Shown: piece by piece, positions 1-13,110 of the stretch
How the letters are laid out: every line of letters begins with the position of its first letter
How positions within the stretch are numbered: the first letter of the stretch is position 1
Source: Eledone cirrhosa
Lineage: Eukaryota
Reading direction: 5' to 3'
DNA: 64,000 bases
Assembly: GCA_964016885.1 (NCBI GenBank)
Contig: OZ024751.1
Location: forward strand, 37,882,001-37,946,000
The notes under the pieces: model-generated
The model's input: only the letters and a program-made list of their open reading frames with translations
What the model was told of the DNA's origin: nothing
The model's database searches: none
Position numbers and translations under genes: made by a program

Positions 1-13
1 TATATATATATAT

Positions 14-131
14 AACGAAGGAAATGTGGTAAGGAACCAGGTGGACCATAACGCACCAAAGTACTCAATACCAAGTCCAGAATTAGCCGTCGAAACGGCT
101 TGAGCTCAGCCGTCGGGGTCCTACTCGTTCC
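14..131 (-). mobile_element. Family A (TA)n-embedded PLE-like short element: 3-prime end plus inverted HHR half
   Basis: 14-71 is the reverse complement of the family 3-prime end (GTATTGAGTACTTTGG...TTCCTTCGTT). 72-131 is an inverted segment containing GAAA-CGGCT-TGAGCTC-AGCCG-TC (HHR stem III and GUC). Flanked by (TA)n; near-identical to copies at 5513, 7461, 35769 and 47390. Confidence 0.85.
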
Positions 132-144
132 TATATATATATAT

Positions 145-307
145 AACGAAAGAAGTGTGGTAAAGAACCAGGTAGACCATAACGCACCAGAGTACTCAAT
201 ACTATGGGTAGTAGAGTGGGTAATCAGAAAATGTTAAAGACCCCGACGGCAGAGCTCAACCCGTAGAAACGGGTTGAGCTCTGCCGTCGGGATCTTGAAC
301 ATTTTCC
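145..307 (-). mobile_element. Family A-related fold-back element
   Basis: Diverged family A 3-prime end, then an inverted repeat centred on CCCGT-AGAA-ACGGG, i.e. at the HHR GAAA. (TA)n on both sides. Confidence 0.8.
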
Positions 308-430
308 TATATACATATATATGTATGTAAAAGGTAAACAGAAATAACAACACAATCGGTACAGTATATGGAAGGTATATATTAAGTTAACGCTTGATAT
401 AGCAGGAAGAGGGTCTTAACGTTTAGGACG

Positions 431-511
<81 letters not shown>

Positions 512-530
512 TGTATATATATATATATAT

Positions 531-1137
531 GTCAGGTCACCAGTTGGTGCTACTGGTAACATGTATCCCAGTACAACCTGTCTCATGGTCGGGTCGTTGG
601 CGACTAAACTGGCAACCCCACCAAGGTTTCTTGGTGAGGAGGGTGACTTTGGACATCCTGCAGGACTAAAAACAAAACCTGTCAAAGGGCAAAGGAGCTC
701 TTAAGAGTCAATGGCCATCCAAAATCACCGGGAGAGATGACCCCTTAGCCTTTGTCAAGGCAGAATTCTAGGAGAAGGAAAACTCTGATATAACACCTGC
801 AACCCTGATGGTATCCAATGATGTTGACTTGTTCTTCTTTTTGGTAAATATCATCTTGGTTAAGAGAGTGGGACTGGCTTTGTGCAGTGCCTTTGCTCAC
901 TATAAAAACTTCACGGCACAGGCATTGCTTTATATCTGGAGATCTCTCTGCACTTGTCGTCACATGGTACCATGGGCCCAGCACTATGTGTCAATAATTG
1001 TCACAAGTGTAGTGTTTGTACCAGAGTTTTCAAGTCACTGGCTGAGACTAAAAAGTCACACTCGTTCAGCGCATCGGTAGGGGTTCGCCTACATGGATAT
1101 AAAGTAGTGGCCGTACTCGAAAACGAGTTGGCAGTCA

Positions 1138-1139
<2 letters not shown>
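531..1139 (+). mobile_element. Internally deleted RTE-clade LINE (5-prime UTR joined to 3-prime end) inserted in (TA)n
   Basis: RTE-UTR-like motifs (AAACTGGCAACCCC, CTAGGAGAAGGAAAACTCTGA). Frameshifted C-terminal C2H2 finger [21 protein letters not shown]-stop at 1008-1080. Terminal hairpin CTCG-AAAA-CGAG before the (TA)n. Confidence 0.7.
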
Positions 1140-1505
<366 letters not shown>

Positions 1506-2066
1506 ATAGATATAATATATATGAATGTGTTTGTGTGTATTAAGAATTCATTACATATGCATCATCTTTCTTTCTAAAGGGAGTGTATGTTACAAGTCTC
1601 GGCTAGCTGGGCATTAAGAGACTGAGTGTTTGTATGTTTGAATGAGTGTGTGTTGGTACATTAATATGCAACATCCTAGCGGTTGTAGATTTGTTCTTCC
1701 TTCAATCCTACAACAGCTACAACAATGTCCTATTATACATTATATCGTGTATATTGAAATTCGCAACACTACATATTTGTTATTTTCTCCTGAAAACTCT
1801 GGTTTTCTTGCTTCTTAAAAATGACACCTTATCACTGGGAGCCAATATAGCTGGCTTCTTTTATCGGCGAATCATTGATTGGTTGAACAGACTAATATAA
1901 CCTTCACGCACATGTATACACACACACACGTACACACACTCATACACAGAACATATACCTACACACACATACACACCCACTCATACATACACACAACATT
2001 TACCTACACGCACGTACTTACATCATACACACGCGCACATACACACAACATATATATACATGTATA

Positions 2067-2110
<44 letters not shown>

Positions 2111-3112
2111 TGTACACCACGTATACATACACCACGTACACATACATTCACACGTCCTTATACATACAAGCACATACATCTCGCAGGCACACGCACATGT
2201 ACACATGTACATATACAAACACACACAAACATGCACACATACACACGCATACTTATATCACGCACATACATAATATATTACACTAGAAACATTGAGGAAA
2301 TAAATAATCCAGAATACAGCGTAAAATCTAATTTCTTTTGAGAGATTGGCATAGATTTTGTGCGAAACTCAATCGCTACATTACAATCACGTTGACGTAA
2401 AGGTTGACGGGGGAACGCAAACTGAAAAAAAAATTAATAAAGCCATTATCTTTGAAAAAATCAATTTGTATACGTCATTTTTGTTTCTTGTGAGAATCAG
2501 TTCTTTGTTTCAGTAATGAAAAAATAAAAAAATGGGTGAAATTAAATTGGAAACAACACTATGGTATATGATCAACATTAACTAGTGCTTTGTATTTTAT
2601 AAGTTTAATTTCAAACTATTGTTTTACTTAATGACTCTCAGACAATATGCAAGCAACGTATTACATATTCAACAAGGGTAATATAAGATATACGCTTACC
2701 AGTTATGTATGTATGTATGTATGTATGTATGTATGTATGTTCTCCTGTTTTTTAAATTTTAATACTTTTTACCAATATAGAGTCGGTTTCTAACTTAGAC
2801 ACAAGATTCTTTCATTGAATGTAAACATCAACTAGGTAGATATATATGCAATGTCTGCATGCGTGCATGTGTGTGCAGGTATGGATGTTATTGTACGTGC
2901 GGATGTGGATGTTTTAAGTTATATATGTGTGCATGTGTATATATTTTGTATCTGTACCTGTGTACATGCAGTTATTACATGCAGAATGTTTGGAATAGTT
3001 TACATATTTTTACTGTTCCATTGATGGACTGTACTTGTAATTTCCTAACTAGTCGAGTTCTTTCTGTTTCTGTGAAACCCAGCGAATCTCTGTATGTATG
3101 TACGTATGTATG

Positions 3113-3303
3113 TACGAGGGGGTGCTGAAATGTTCCTGGCTGTAAGGTTATCGCAAAAGGGTAACGTTGTTACATTTACAAGCGGGGTAGGACCGCTGCA
3201 ATATGTTTGAATCTGAGAAGTGAATATGCTGAATAAAATCATAATTAACTGATCCTCCTGAATCTTTTTTATTCAAAACCAGGAACTTTTCAGCACTCTC
3301 TCT
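3113..3303. mobile_element. Mariner-type MITE
   Basis: TA + CGAGGGGGTGCTGAAATGTTCCTGG on the left and the inverted CCAGGAACTTTTCAGCACTCTC on the right; no coding capacity. Confidence 0.75.
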
Positions 3304-3535
3304 TTAACTTGGTGGGGTTTTTTATTATTAAATTCCACCAATATTCCTTTGAGCCATCAATCTTAACAAATTTGATTTGGTCTTATGAAGTGCATTCTTG
3401 ATTGTTCACCATGCCACAAAGGAGCTTATAACGAAAAGCTATTCTTTCACAGTTGTCACTAACGTGACTAAGATCTTCAGTCTTTTAGCACAACCTTCAT
3501 TTATCAAATGGCAGGGATTTCTTCTTCCTGGATTA

Positions 3536-3635
3536 TACGAGGGCCGGCTGAAAGCTTCATAGGCTGACTATGAAGGATTGTTGCTAGAGCTGTGAAATCT
3601 TGCATGCATTAATGACAACTCTTATTAATAATTGT
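3536..3635 (+). mobile_element. Second Mariner-type terminal fragment
   Basis: TA-CGAGGGCCGGCTGAAAGCTTCATAGGCTGAC resembles the TIR at 3113; no partner TIR seen. Confidence 0.45.
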
Positions 3636-3645
3636 TTCTTTCCAT

Positions 3646-3760
3646 GGCGTGTGGCTGAGTGGTTAGAGAATTGGATTCACAATCGTGAGGTTGTGAGTTC
3701 GATTCCTAAACTGGGCGAGACGTTATGTCCTTGAGCAAGACACTTTATTTCACGTTGCTG
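3646..3760 (+). mobile_element. tRNA-derived SINE with V-domain-like core, 3-prime truncated
   Basis: A box TGGCTGAGTGG, B box GAGTTCGATTCC, then TGTCCTTGAGCAAGACACTT as in V-SINE cores. Confidence 0.7.
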
Positions 3761-4413
3761 CTTCTACCTGGAGTTGCGACCGATAGATAGTATTAGCAAC
3801 TGAAAAGACCGACGAAAACATTGTTTCCTCGGTCCGATTTGACGAAAGTCGATCGATCCTTTCCATAAAGTATCTTGAAGAATTAACCCATTTGGTCATT
3901 CCATACGAGTATCTTGGTCCGCCTATGAATATTACAAGTTTTGAACTTTTCAGACGACACTCGTGTGGAGGTATCTTTCAAGGTGAGCTGTTATGAACTT
4001 ATTGGAAGTACATGCCAGATTTTGGGGTGATTTATTCCCTATATTATCTACGTTTTTCATCTCAAATAGCCATATACATCATTGAACTGGTCCATTTTGT
4101 TTTGTGTTCATCGAGGATTGAATATCATTTTCTAATGGTCTTGGGAGATAGATTTCTCCTCTCGTTCAATAGCTATTCTAACAATGTTGGAATTTTCTTT
4201 TTCAAAAACTTCGTTGCTGATCTTTCTTTTGTTGAAAATGTTGCTTAAGATTCCAGAGCCAGGTCTGATAAAATGTAAATATGAATGTTAGGCTCCGGCC
4301 ACTGTCATCCGTAAAAAATATAAAAATATAATTTATCCACATCACCGTTGCTGTGTGTGTGTATATGTATATATATATATTGTGTGTGTGTGAATGGATA
4401 AGTATATAAGTAC

Positions 4414-4481
<68 letters not shown>

Positions 4482-4493
4482 TTTTATTTGGTT

Positions 4494-4531
4494 CCTTTAC
4501 CGGTTTCGCAGCTCTTCTGCTTTTCGAAAGT
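4494..4531 (-). ncRNA. Degenerate minimal hammerhead ribozyme
   Basis: Minus strand: CTT-TCGAAAA (decayed CTGAAGA)-GCAG AAGAG CTGC-GAAA-CCGG-TA-AAG, followed by AATAAA and (TA)n. Confidence 0.5.
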
Positions 4532-5512
4532 AGAGTTGAGATGGAGGGTCTTTTAAAAATAAAACTCCAGTTGCATTTTCGATTTCATCTTTTTTTCTTT
4601 ATACTTTCACTCGTGTAGGACACCTCGGTTATTTTTCATTTTGTAAAATAACCTCACTTTCTAATATATATATATATATACATATGTATATACGTATATA
4701 TATATATATATATGTGTGTGTATGAGTGTGTGTGTGTGCCTGTGTGTGTGTATGTTAGGTGAGTGTCTGTATATATAATCACACACACACACACACAGAT
4801 ATTTAGGGAAGTTATTATGTGGTAATGGTATTTCATAAATGCTATATATCACGTCTATTCAGACATTTGGACATATTTGTATGGAAATTGGTAAATAAGT
4901 TTGCCTAATTACCAATAATTGTGATCGGCTGCTGCTTAATGTGTATGGGTAATAATCCATTAAGCTTGAACAAGTCTCCTTACCAAATTATAGTCGACTA
5001 CTGTTAGTGTTACTTGGAGTTACATCGTGGATGCCGTGGTGGGCTTTATTGTCCATTAATCAGCTATTCATCAACTTCAATGTGCATATGTTACGTACGA
5101 TATATTTCTCAACGAGGCAGCGAGCTAACATTAAACGACATGAACTCGCTTCTATGTTGTGAGAATTTCTTACAAAATCTGTACTGAATGCCTATAACAA
5201 ATATATAACGACACATGTATTTAATTTATTCCTGTTATCTTCTCAAATAAAGCATATACATTAAATAAATAATTACTAAATGTTCTCTACAATCCACGGA
5301 GACATTATAAAATGATGTAGTCATTTACAGGAGACGAATCAGTGATATATAACATAATTTCCCACTGGATACAACGACATACATTTCTTTAACATTTGTC
5401 GGTTAGATGGACGAAAACAGATTTTAATGGATATGAACACAAGACATAAAATATAGTCATTCGATATCGTATCCACAAACCAAGAGCTGTTCTCTGTATA
5501 TATATATATATA

Positions 5513-5709
5513 GGAACGAGTATATATATATATATATAGGCTGAGCTCAAGCCGTTTCGACGGCTAATTCTGTCCAGAATTAGGCGTCGAAACGGCTTCA
5601 GCTCAGCCGTCGGGGTCCTACTCGTTCCTATTACCCACTCTACTACCCTAAGTATTGAGTACTTTGGTGCGTTATGGTCCACCTGGTTCCTTACCACATT
5701 TCCTTCGTT
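5513..5709 (+). mobile_element. Family A fold-back element
   Basis: Inverted arm (interrupted by a TA run) folds back at about 5570 into CCAGAATTAGGCGTC-GAAA-CGGCTTCAGCTCAGCCG-TC-GGGGTCC...TTCGTT-(TA)n. Confidence 0.85.
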
Positions 5710-5740
5710 ATATATATATATATATCTATATATATCTATA

Positions 5741-5777
<37 letters not shown>

Positions 5778-5872
5778 GTTTGTAGCCTTATGTACAGTTT
5801 ACTGTAATAAATCTCGTATTTTCAGCTGTTAAAATATCTTTAGCTACCTTTATCTGTCTTCGTATTTGAAAA

Positions 5873-5976
<104 letters not shown>

Positions 5977-6382
5977 TCATTCTCTCTCTCGCTGTATTTA
6001 TATATATATATGTGATTGTATATATGTTTGTCTGTCTGTGTGTGGTGTTCGAGGTATGGGCACCAGTTAGACACATATTAGAGTAGTAGTCAACGCATGT
6101 CTAGGAGTTAGTAACGTAGTTGTTAAAATCCCAATACATACACACCTAAATTTCTACTCTTTATTCAATTAGTTTAATACTTGTCAAATATATAATTTGT
6201 ATAAATGAATTATTTCTAGATTTATAATTTCCTTTCACAAATAAATTTGCATATGTTTGTATTTTAATAGATATATTTTCTCCCTCTATATTAATATATA
6301 TATATATATAAATATTTATTATTATTACGATATATATATATATATATGAAAATGTATGCACACACACACACATACCTCTATC

Positions 6383-6453
<71 letters not shown>

Positions 6454-7145
6454 AGAAAGTATGCATTAACATATTCTTACAGCCTGAAAACATAAATGAT
6501 TATTATATTGAAAATCAGTTTCGTTTGGTGAACTGAGAAATCTCAATTCATTTGAATCTTAACTTTAAAACTTCCTCATATTATGCCGCAGATTGGTCTA
6601 CAGTTGTTCAGTTTGGTACACAATTGTCTGTGTATAGCACGCTTTTGTAGTTCCTCGGAGGAAAATATTCAATATTCTTAGCACTTCAGCGAGAATAAGT
6701 TTTATCTTTAAAACGTAGAGAGTCGTTACCAGTAAAATTGCTAGAAATGAATACTGGGGAAGATGGATGTGAAATTGTATATACTTAATGCTATAAGAGA
6801 CAGCGAAATATCTAACATGCAAAACCGATTATATGATGGCGGCACTGCCTCTAAAAACCGATTACGTGATGGCTGCTCAGCCACTAAAATTATTCAAGCT
6901 GTGAAATACTCTTAACTCTCTTCTTGTAGAATAATTGCCCGAAATCGTTCTCAATTTCTACACGAAAAGGAATGGACATAATTCACCTGAAAATCAATAA
7001 AATACCAACTTTGACGTTATTATCTTTAACAAGCCTCTCTTAGTTTTCTTCTTATCGAATATCTTAAATGTATGATAAATTCTTGTATATTTTAGATTTC
7101 TTTAGCATCATCATCATCATCACCACCATCATCATCATCATCATC

Positions 7146-7180
<35 letters not shown>

Positions 7181-7460
7181 TATTATTATTACACTACACT
7201 TCAGTAATATAGGCTTTATGAAATCTGCACGTTTTCAAACTGATCATTTTGTAATTCTGTTCTTCCGATAATAGTTACTACTAAGAAACACACCAACTAC
7301 ATAACTCACTACTAATGTAACTACCAATCCTACTGTAGCAAAAATTCTTCGTTTGTAACAAGACATTTAAGAGATTTATTGTAAAGCATGCATGCAGACT
7401 TATATCGAACGCACGCATGTATATTTGTATATACAGTATATTTATATATATATATATATA

Positions 7461-7577
7461 GGAACCAGTAAGACCCCGACAGCTGAGCTCAAGCCGTTTC
7501 GACGGCTAATTCTGGACTCAAGTATTGAGTACTTTGGTGCGTTATGGTCCACCTGGTTCCTTACCACATTTCCTTCG

Positions 7578-7579
<2 letters not shown>
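7461..7579 (+). mobile_element. Family A element with inversion-deletion structure
   Basis: 7461-7520 is the inverted HHR half; 7521-7579 is the family 3-prime end. Same architecture as 14-131. Confidence 0.85.
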
Positions 7580-7636
<57 letters not shown>

Positions 7637-7683
7637 TATACATATATATATATATATACACATATATATATATATATATTGTG

Positions 7684-7715
<32 letters not shown>

Positions 7716-7720
7716 TATAT

Positions 7721-7762
<42 letters not shown>

Positions 7763-7775
7763 TATATATATATAT

Positions 7776-7821
<46 letters not shown>

Positions 7822-7828
7822 TATATAT

Positions 7829-7866
<38 letters not shown>

Positions 7867-7871
7867 ATATA

Positions 7872-7903
<32 letters not shown>

Positions 7904-7952
7904 CACAATATATATATATATATATATGTGTATATATATATATATATGTATA

Positions 7953-8022
<70 letters not shown>

Positions 8023-8045
8023 TATTGTGTGTATGTATATCTATA
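7580..8045. repeat. Compound (TA)n array with internal tandem and inverted duplication
   Basis: The interruption pattern of about 7625-7735 recurs reverse-complemented at about 7855-7965. Confidence 0.85.
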
Positions 8046-8087
8046 TATATATGTGTATATTTTGTATGTATTATATACATATTCTAG

Positions 8088-8307
8088 GGCGGCGGATTGG
8101 CAGTATCGGTAGAGAGTCGGACACCATGATTTGCAGCATAGAGTCACGTCCCTTTATGGTCTGAGTTCAAATCCTGCCGAGGTTAACTTTGCCTTTCATC
8201 CTTACGGTGGGGATAAAATAAAGTACCAGTAACGTACTGGGGTCGATGTAATCGAATTTCCTCTTCCCCCAAATTACTACCCTTGTGCCTATAGTAGAAA
8301 TCATTAT
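8088..8307 (+). mobile_element. tRNA-derived SINE with Meta/MESC-like central domain (long form)
   Basis: A box TGGCAGTATCGG at 8098, B box GAGTTCAAATCC at 8163, core TTTGCCTTTCATCC...GATAAAATAAAGTACCAGT, ATT tail; many copies in the window. Confidence 0.9.
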
Positions 8308-8457
8308 ATACATAATCTATTGTTTTAGTCCACCACTGTCACCATAGCAACATCGTTCCACCATTTACAGGGTCTGTGAGATCCAGATATTTCCAATATA
8401 TTTACTGATAAAGAAATATTTCTTATCCAGGGGAATACACTACACATCCCTTTATCA

Positions 8458-8675
8458 TAATTATATTTACATTAGGTATATGGTCACTGATTTTGATGGA
8501 GGGGAAAATCGATTATATCGACCGCAGTACACGACTAATACTTTATTTCATCGACCCCGAAAGGATGAAAGACAAAGCTGACATCGGGGTGATTTGAATT
8601 CAGAAAGTAGAGGGTGATAACCAAATGCCATGAAGCGTTGTGTTTGGTGCTCTACCGACCATGCTAATCCAATGT
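8458..8675 (-). mobile_element. Same SINE family, diverged copy
   Basis: Reverse-complement core ATCGACCCCGAAAGGATGAAAGACAAAG and B box GATTTGAATTCAG. Confidence 0.8.
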
Positions 8676-9052
8676 GCTTCCACCCCTCAATCATAATAAC
8701 CACCAACGTTGCTTGGCGTACCGTGTACATATTTGCTACATCTTTGTAGCTATTACTCGCAGGGCTGTGCAAAATATTTAACATGGATAAATAACAGTAT
8801 AAATGTCATTAGATGCTCCTAAGATGCTTCATCAAACAGGACAACATTCCTTTTGAACCCGCCAGCCCACCCCACCCCCACCACAGTTACAAGTTCCATT
8901 GATGACAGTCAATACGAATTCATTTAAACTCTTTTTAACCTGACAGTAAACATCTTCGTTATCACGGAAAATGATTCCCTGTTAAACAAAGTACTTGGAA
9001 AATGTCGTATATGTTGCGTTTGCAAAGTTATTTGATTAAAATAGGTATGAGA

Positions 9053-9657
9053 ATCTATTCTACAATGTATAGCAGTACAGGGCATCTCAAAAGTTACTAT
9101 CTACTCTACACTGTATAGCAGTACAGGGCATCTCAGGAGTTACTATCTACTCTACACTGTATAGCAGTACAGGGCTTCTCAGGAGTTACTATCTACTCTA
9201 CACTGTATAGCAGTACAGGGCTTCTCAGGAGTTACTATCTACTCTACACTGTATAGCAGTACAGGGCATCTCAGGAGTTACTATCTACTCTACACTGTAT
9301 AGCAGTACAGGGCTTCTCAGGAGTTACTATCTACTCTACACTGTATAGCAGTACAGGGCATCTCAGGAGTTACTATCTACTCTACACTGTATAGCAGTAC
9401 AGGGCTTCTCAGGAGTTACTATCTACTCTACACTGTATAGCAGTACAGGGCATCTCAGGAGTTACTATCTACTCTACACTGTATAGCAGTACAGGGCTTC
9501 TCAGGAGTTACTATCTACTCTACACTGTATAGCAGTACAGGGCATCTCAGGAGTTACTATCTACTCTACACTGTATAGCAGTACAGGGCATCTCAGGAGT
9601 TACTATCTACTCTACACTGTATAGCAGTACAGGGCATCTCAAAAGTTACTATCTACT
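9053..9657. repeat. 46-bp minisatellite, about 13 copies
   Basis: Unit GTATAGCAGTACAGGGC(A/T)TCTCAGGAGTTACTATCTACTCTACACT in direct tandem with no spacers. Confidence 0.97.
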
Positions 9658-9715
9658 TTGGTTCACTTATTGTTATTCCCAATAGATATTGACTCTACAG
9701 ACACTCTGTATACTC

Positions 9716-9860
9716 ACCACTTTAGGCGCTGAGCTGGCCAGCCGCAGGTGTGAGCCTCGCGAGTTGGACTGGCTCTTCCAGCGCATCTCCCTTACCATCC
9801 TCCGGGGAAACGCCTTCTCCATTCTGTCCGCCGGGGCTGTGGGGAGGCCAGCACGTGGGA
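9716..9860 (+). pseudogene. 3-prime fragment of a CRE-clade (RLE-type) non-LTR retrotransposon ORF
   Basis: GC-rich island encoding LGAELASRRCEPRELDWLFQRISLTILRGNAFSIL, matching the C-terminal L.QRIS..i.rGNA motif of CRE-like elements. Confidence 0.65.
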
Positions 9861-10241
9861 CCCCATTTGCTCACCATACGAAGAGATGGGAAGGGTGAGA
9901 GAAATGGAGGCGATGACAGTGAGAGTTCGACTGACTAATTCTTGTAGCATTCATTTGCCGTTGCTAAAGTTTGTTACTGGTTCGAAATTTCTATATGAAT
10001 CCATTTGATTCTTTTGTATCGTTCTCTACATCTGAAAGTAAAGACACTTTAAGTGGGGACAATAGAATAAATAGGATGTTTTAACTGTTGTATTAGGATT
10101 AAGGGTGTCATTAGGAGTGAGAATGAAATCAATTAATATTGTGTGGGGATTAAAACGTTTAACTATAGGTTTATGAGATTAGATCCGTATCCTAAGTATA
10201 GATTTAGATGGAAACGGCAGCATTATTATGTTTATTGATAG

Positions 10242-10432
10242 TGCGGTGAATTGGCAGTATTGGTGGAGGGCCGGACGCCATGTTTTCCAGCATAGTTACG
10301 TCCCTTTACGGTCTTAGTTCAAATCTCGTCGCGGTTAACTTTGCTTTTCATCCTTACGGGGTCGATAAAATAAAGTACCAGTAATGTACTGGGTAATTGC
10401 TGGCCTTGTGCTAAAAGTAGAAACAATTATTA
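10242..10432 (+). mobile_element. Meta-like SINE (short form)
   Basis: A/B boxes, core and tail GTACTGGGTAATTGCTGGCCTTGTG...AGAAACAATTATT. Confidence 0.88.
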
Positions 10433-11470
10433 TGTTTATTGATGTAAGTAGGGATATCATTTATGGAAGTAGGGATATATAATATTCGAAAATATCTCGT
10501 GGTACATTAAAACAATGATACTGCTATTGTTATACGATAGATTTGTTGAAAGAAATAAAGTTGTATATTTATAAAAATTTTCCATTAACGTAGGTTACAT
10601 CACATCGAGTTTCTGCTTTGATCTTTGAAATAATTGTCTGAAAATTTGTTAACAATTATAAATGTAATTATAATTTGCCTGCAGTGCAACAAATTATCCA
10701 AAGACGATACGTTGCAAAATATGATGTCTCTGTGTAAAAAGATAGTTGTTGCATTCTATTTGTAGATGAGACACAGTCTTCACTTTGAAAATGTATTTTT
10801 GGTCTGATATCAGGTATTTTATGTAAAATAACTGGGGCCCAAATATATCAGCCTCCACAAGGGGATACTTGGAAACTGATCTCTCACCTCTGATCTCGAT
10901 TAGGAGCACGACAAAAGCTAACTCAGGCCTAAATTGAAAGATGTAAGATACATTTCCCATTTAATATAATACACTAATATACACGTTTGTGTGGTGGGGT
11001 GAGAAATTTGAAAACACTGTCATGACAAGGTAAATAATTATAATTATAGTTGTCAAATCAGGTACCTTGTCTCTTGTGACGAAGAAAATGGACTGAAATG
11101 CCGACGGTGAAACGAACCATCCTTTTATTCGTTTGGTTTCGATTTGTCTTGCAGATAATAACTTGGCATGCTTTTGTATTTTTTGCGTCTGCAGTTATCT
11201 TCAGATAAGCTATATGGTTTAGTTATTGTAGTTTTCAGAGTGAGCATGTAGCTCTAAATTGTATATTATATATTTTGAATAAATGCTTGTAGCAGTGAAA
11301 TATTGGGGTCAACTCTTGGATAAGTTCCCCCAGTCGGGCCCCATTATAATGACTGAAACCAGTAATATAATATATTGTGGAGATTACTAGAGATAGATTG
11401 TTAGATATACAGAAACAGATATTTGTAGGGGGGGGGGGATAATTCTGGTTGGTAGATACTAATACATATA

Positions 11471-11517
<47 letters not shown>

Positions 11518-11554
11518 AAAAAGATATATGTGTGTGTTTGTGTATATATATATG

Positions 11555-11594
<40 letters not shown>

Positions 11595-12719
11595 GTGTGT
11601 GTGTGTGTGTGTATAAATATATGTGTATATATATATATATATATATTGTGTGTGTCTGTGTGCGTATACGTAGGAGGAGGAGGGTGGGGGATGGGGGGTG
11701 GGCAACACGTGTTATGCTATTTCCTTCTCCGTGTATTGTACTAAAGTGGGTGAATTGATATTTCCGTTGTAACAATGTGTCAGAACTTCAGCAATCTTCC
11801 GTCACTCAAACCTGATGCAGTGGCTTGGAATCTTGGAATCGATTGAAGAAATGAAATCGTATCTCTATTCTTGCCAATATCACAAAATAAAGGAATGTAT
11901 TGCTAATATTATTTAGCATTTTAACATGCTTTCCATTTTTTTCTTTTTTTGTTTATATTTGATGTTGTTCTTTCATTTTCGAAAAGAATTTGTTTAAGCT
12001 CAGTAGTATAAATTATTTCGCCGAATTTCCTCAAAGGTCTCATGTTAATTTAAACTTTTACTTCATATAATGGAATTACCATTACGTTCTTGTACTTTCC
12101 TCTCCCAATGATTCATTGCATGTGACGCAAATACAAAATGGTTGCCAAAAGATACAAATTAAAAAGGTCACTGTGACCTACAACTGCTGTTCAACTTTGT
12201 TCATTCCATTCTGCAGTCACGTATTATTGTATAGCATATATATACATATATACATATATACATATATACATATATACACATTCATATATATAGGCTATAC
12301 TATATATATATATATATAAAAATATTATATATATATATACTTACATGTAAATGCGTATATATGTGTGTGTATGTGTCAATTATATCATATATATATATAC
12401 ATATATATATATATGTATATATATATATTATATATGTGTGTCTGTACTTGTTATGTATATACACGCAGGCACATGCTCAAACATATACATGCATAAATAC
12501 ATACGAATATATATATATTTATTCAATATATATACATACATGTGTGTGTGCATATAGTGATGCTTATTTTCATATTGTCCTTTTTTCTATCTTAGAATCA
12601 TAAATAGATTTTGCGCTTTTGATGCTAAAACATTGATTATTGTGACCCCGAAGCCAAACTCGTAAAAAATAAGAATACCTATAATAAAAATAATACCATT
12701 AATAATAGAATTAGTTATA

Positions 12720-12730
12720 CACATATATAG

Positions 12731-12820
<90 letters not shown>

Positions 12821-12963
12821 TATATATATATTATATATTCATATTTATTTAGATTTTTATATGTGTATATATATTTATATATTTATATATATATGTGTGT
12901 GTGTATATATATGTGTATATATTTATATGTATATGTGTATATATATTTATATATATATGTATA

Positions 12964-13061
<98 letters not shown>

Positions 13062-13077
13062 AATATATGTATGTATG

Positions 13078-13109
<32 letters not shown>

Positions 13110-13110
13110 G
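12720..13110. repeat. Long compound (TA)n microsatellite
   Basis: Direct inspection. Confidence 0.95.

Noticed and set aside
3646-3720. tRNA gene
   Set aside because: No good acceptor stem; runs into a V-SINE-like core, so it is a SINE head.
3800-3860. CTGAAAA plus two hairpins, one with a GAAA loop
   Set aside because: Core positions do not fit a hammerhead and no stem I can be formed.
9053-9657. CRISPR array
   Set aside because: Repeats are contiguous with no unique spacers, there are no cas genes, and the context is eukaryotic.
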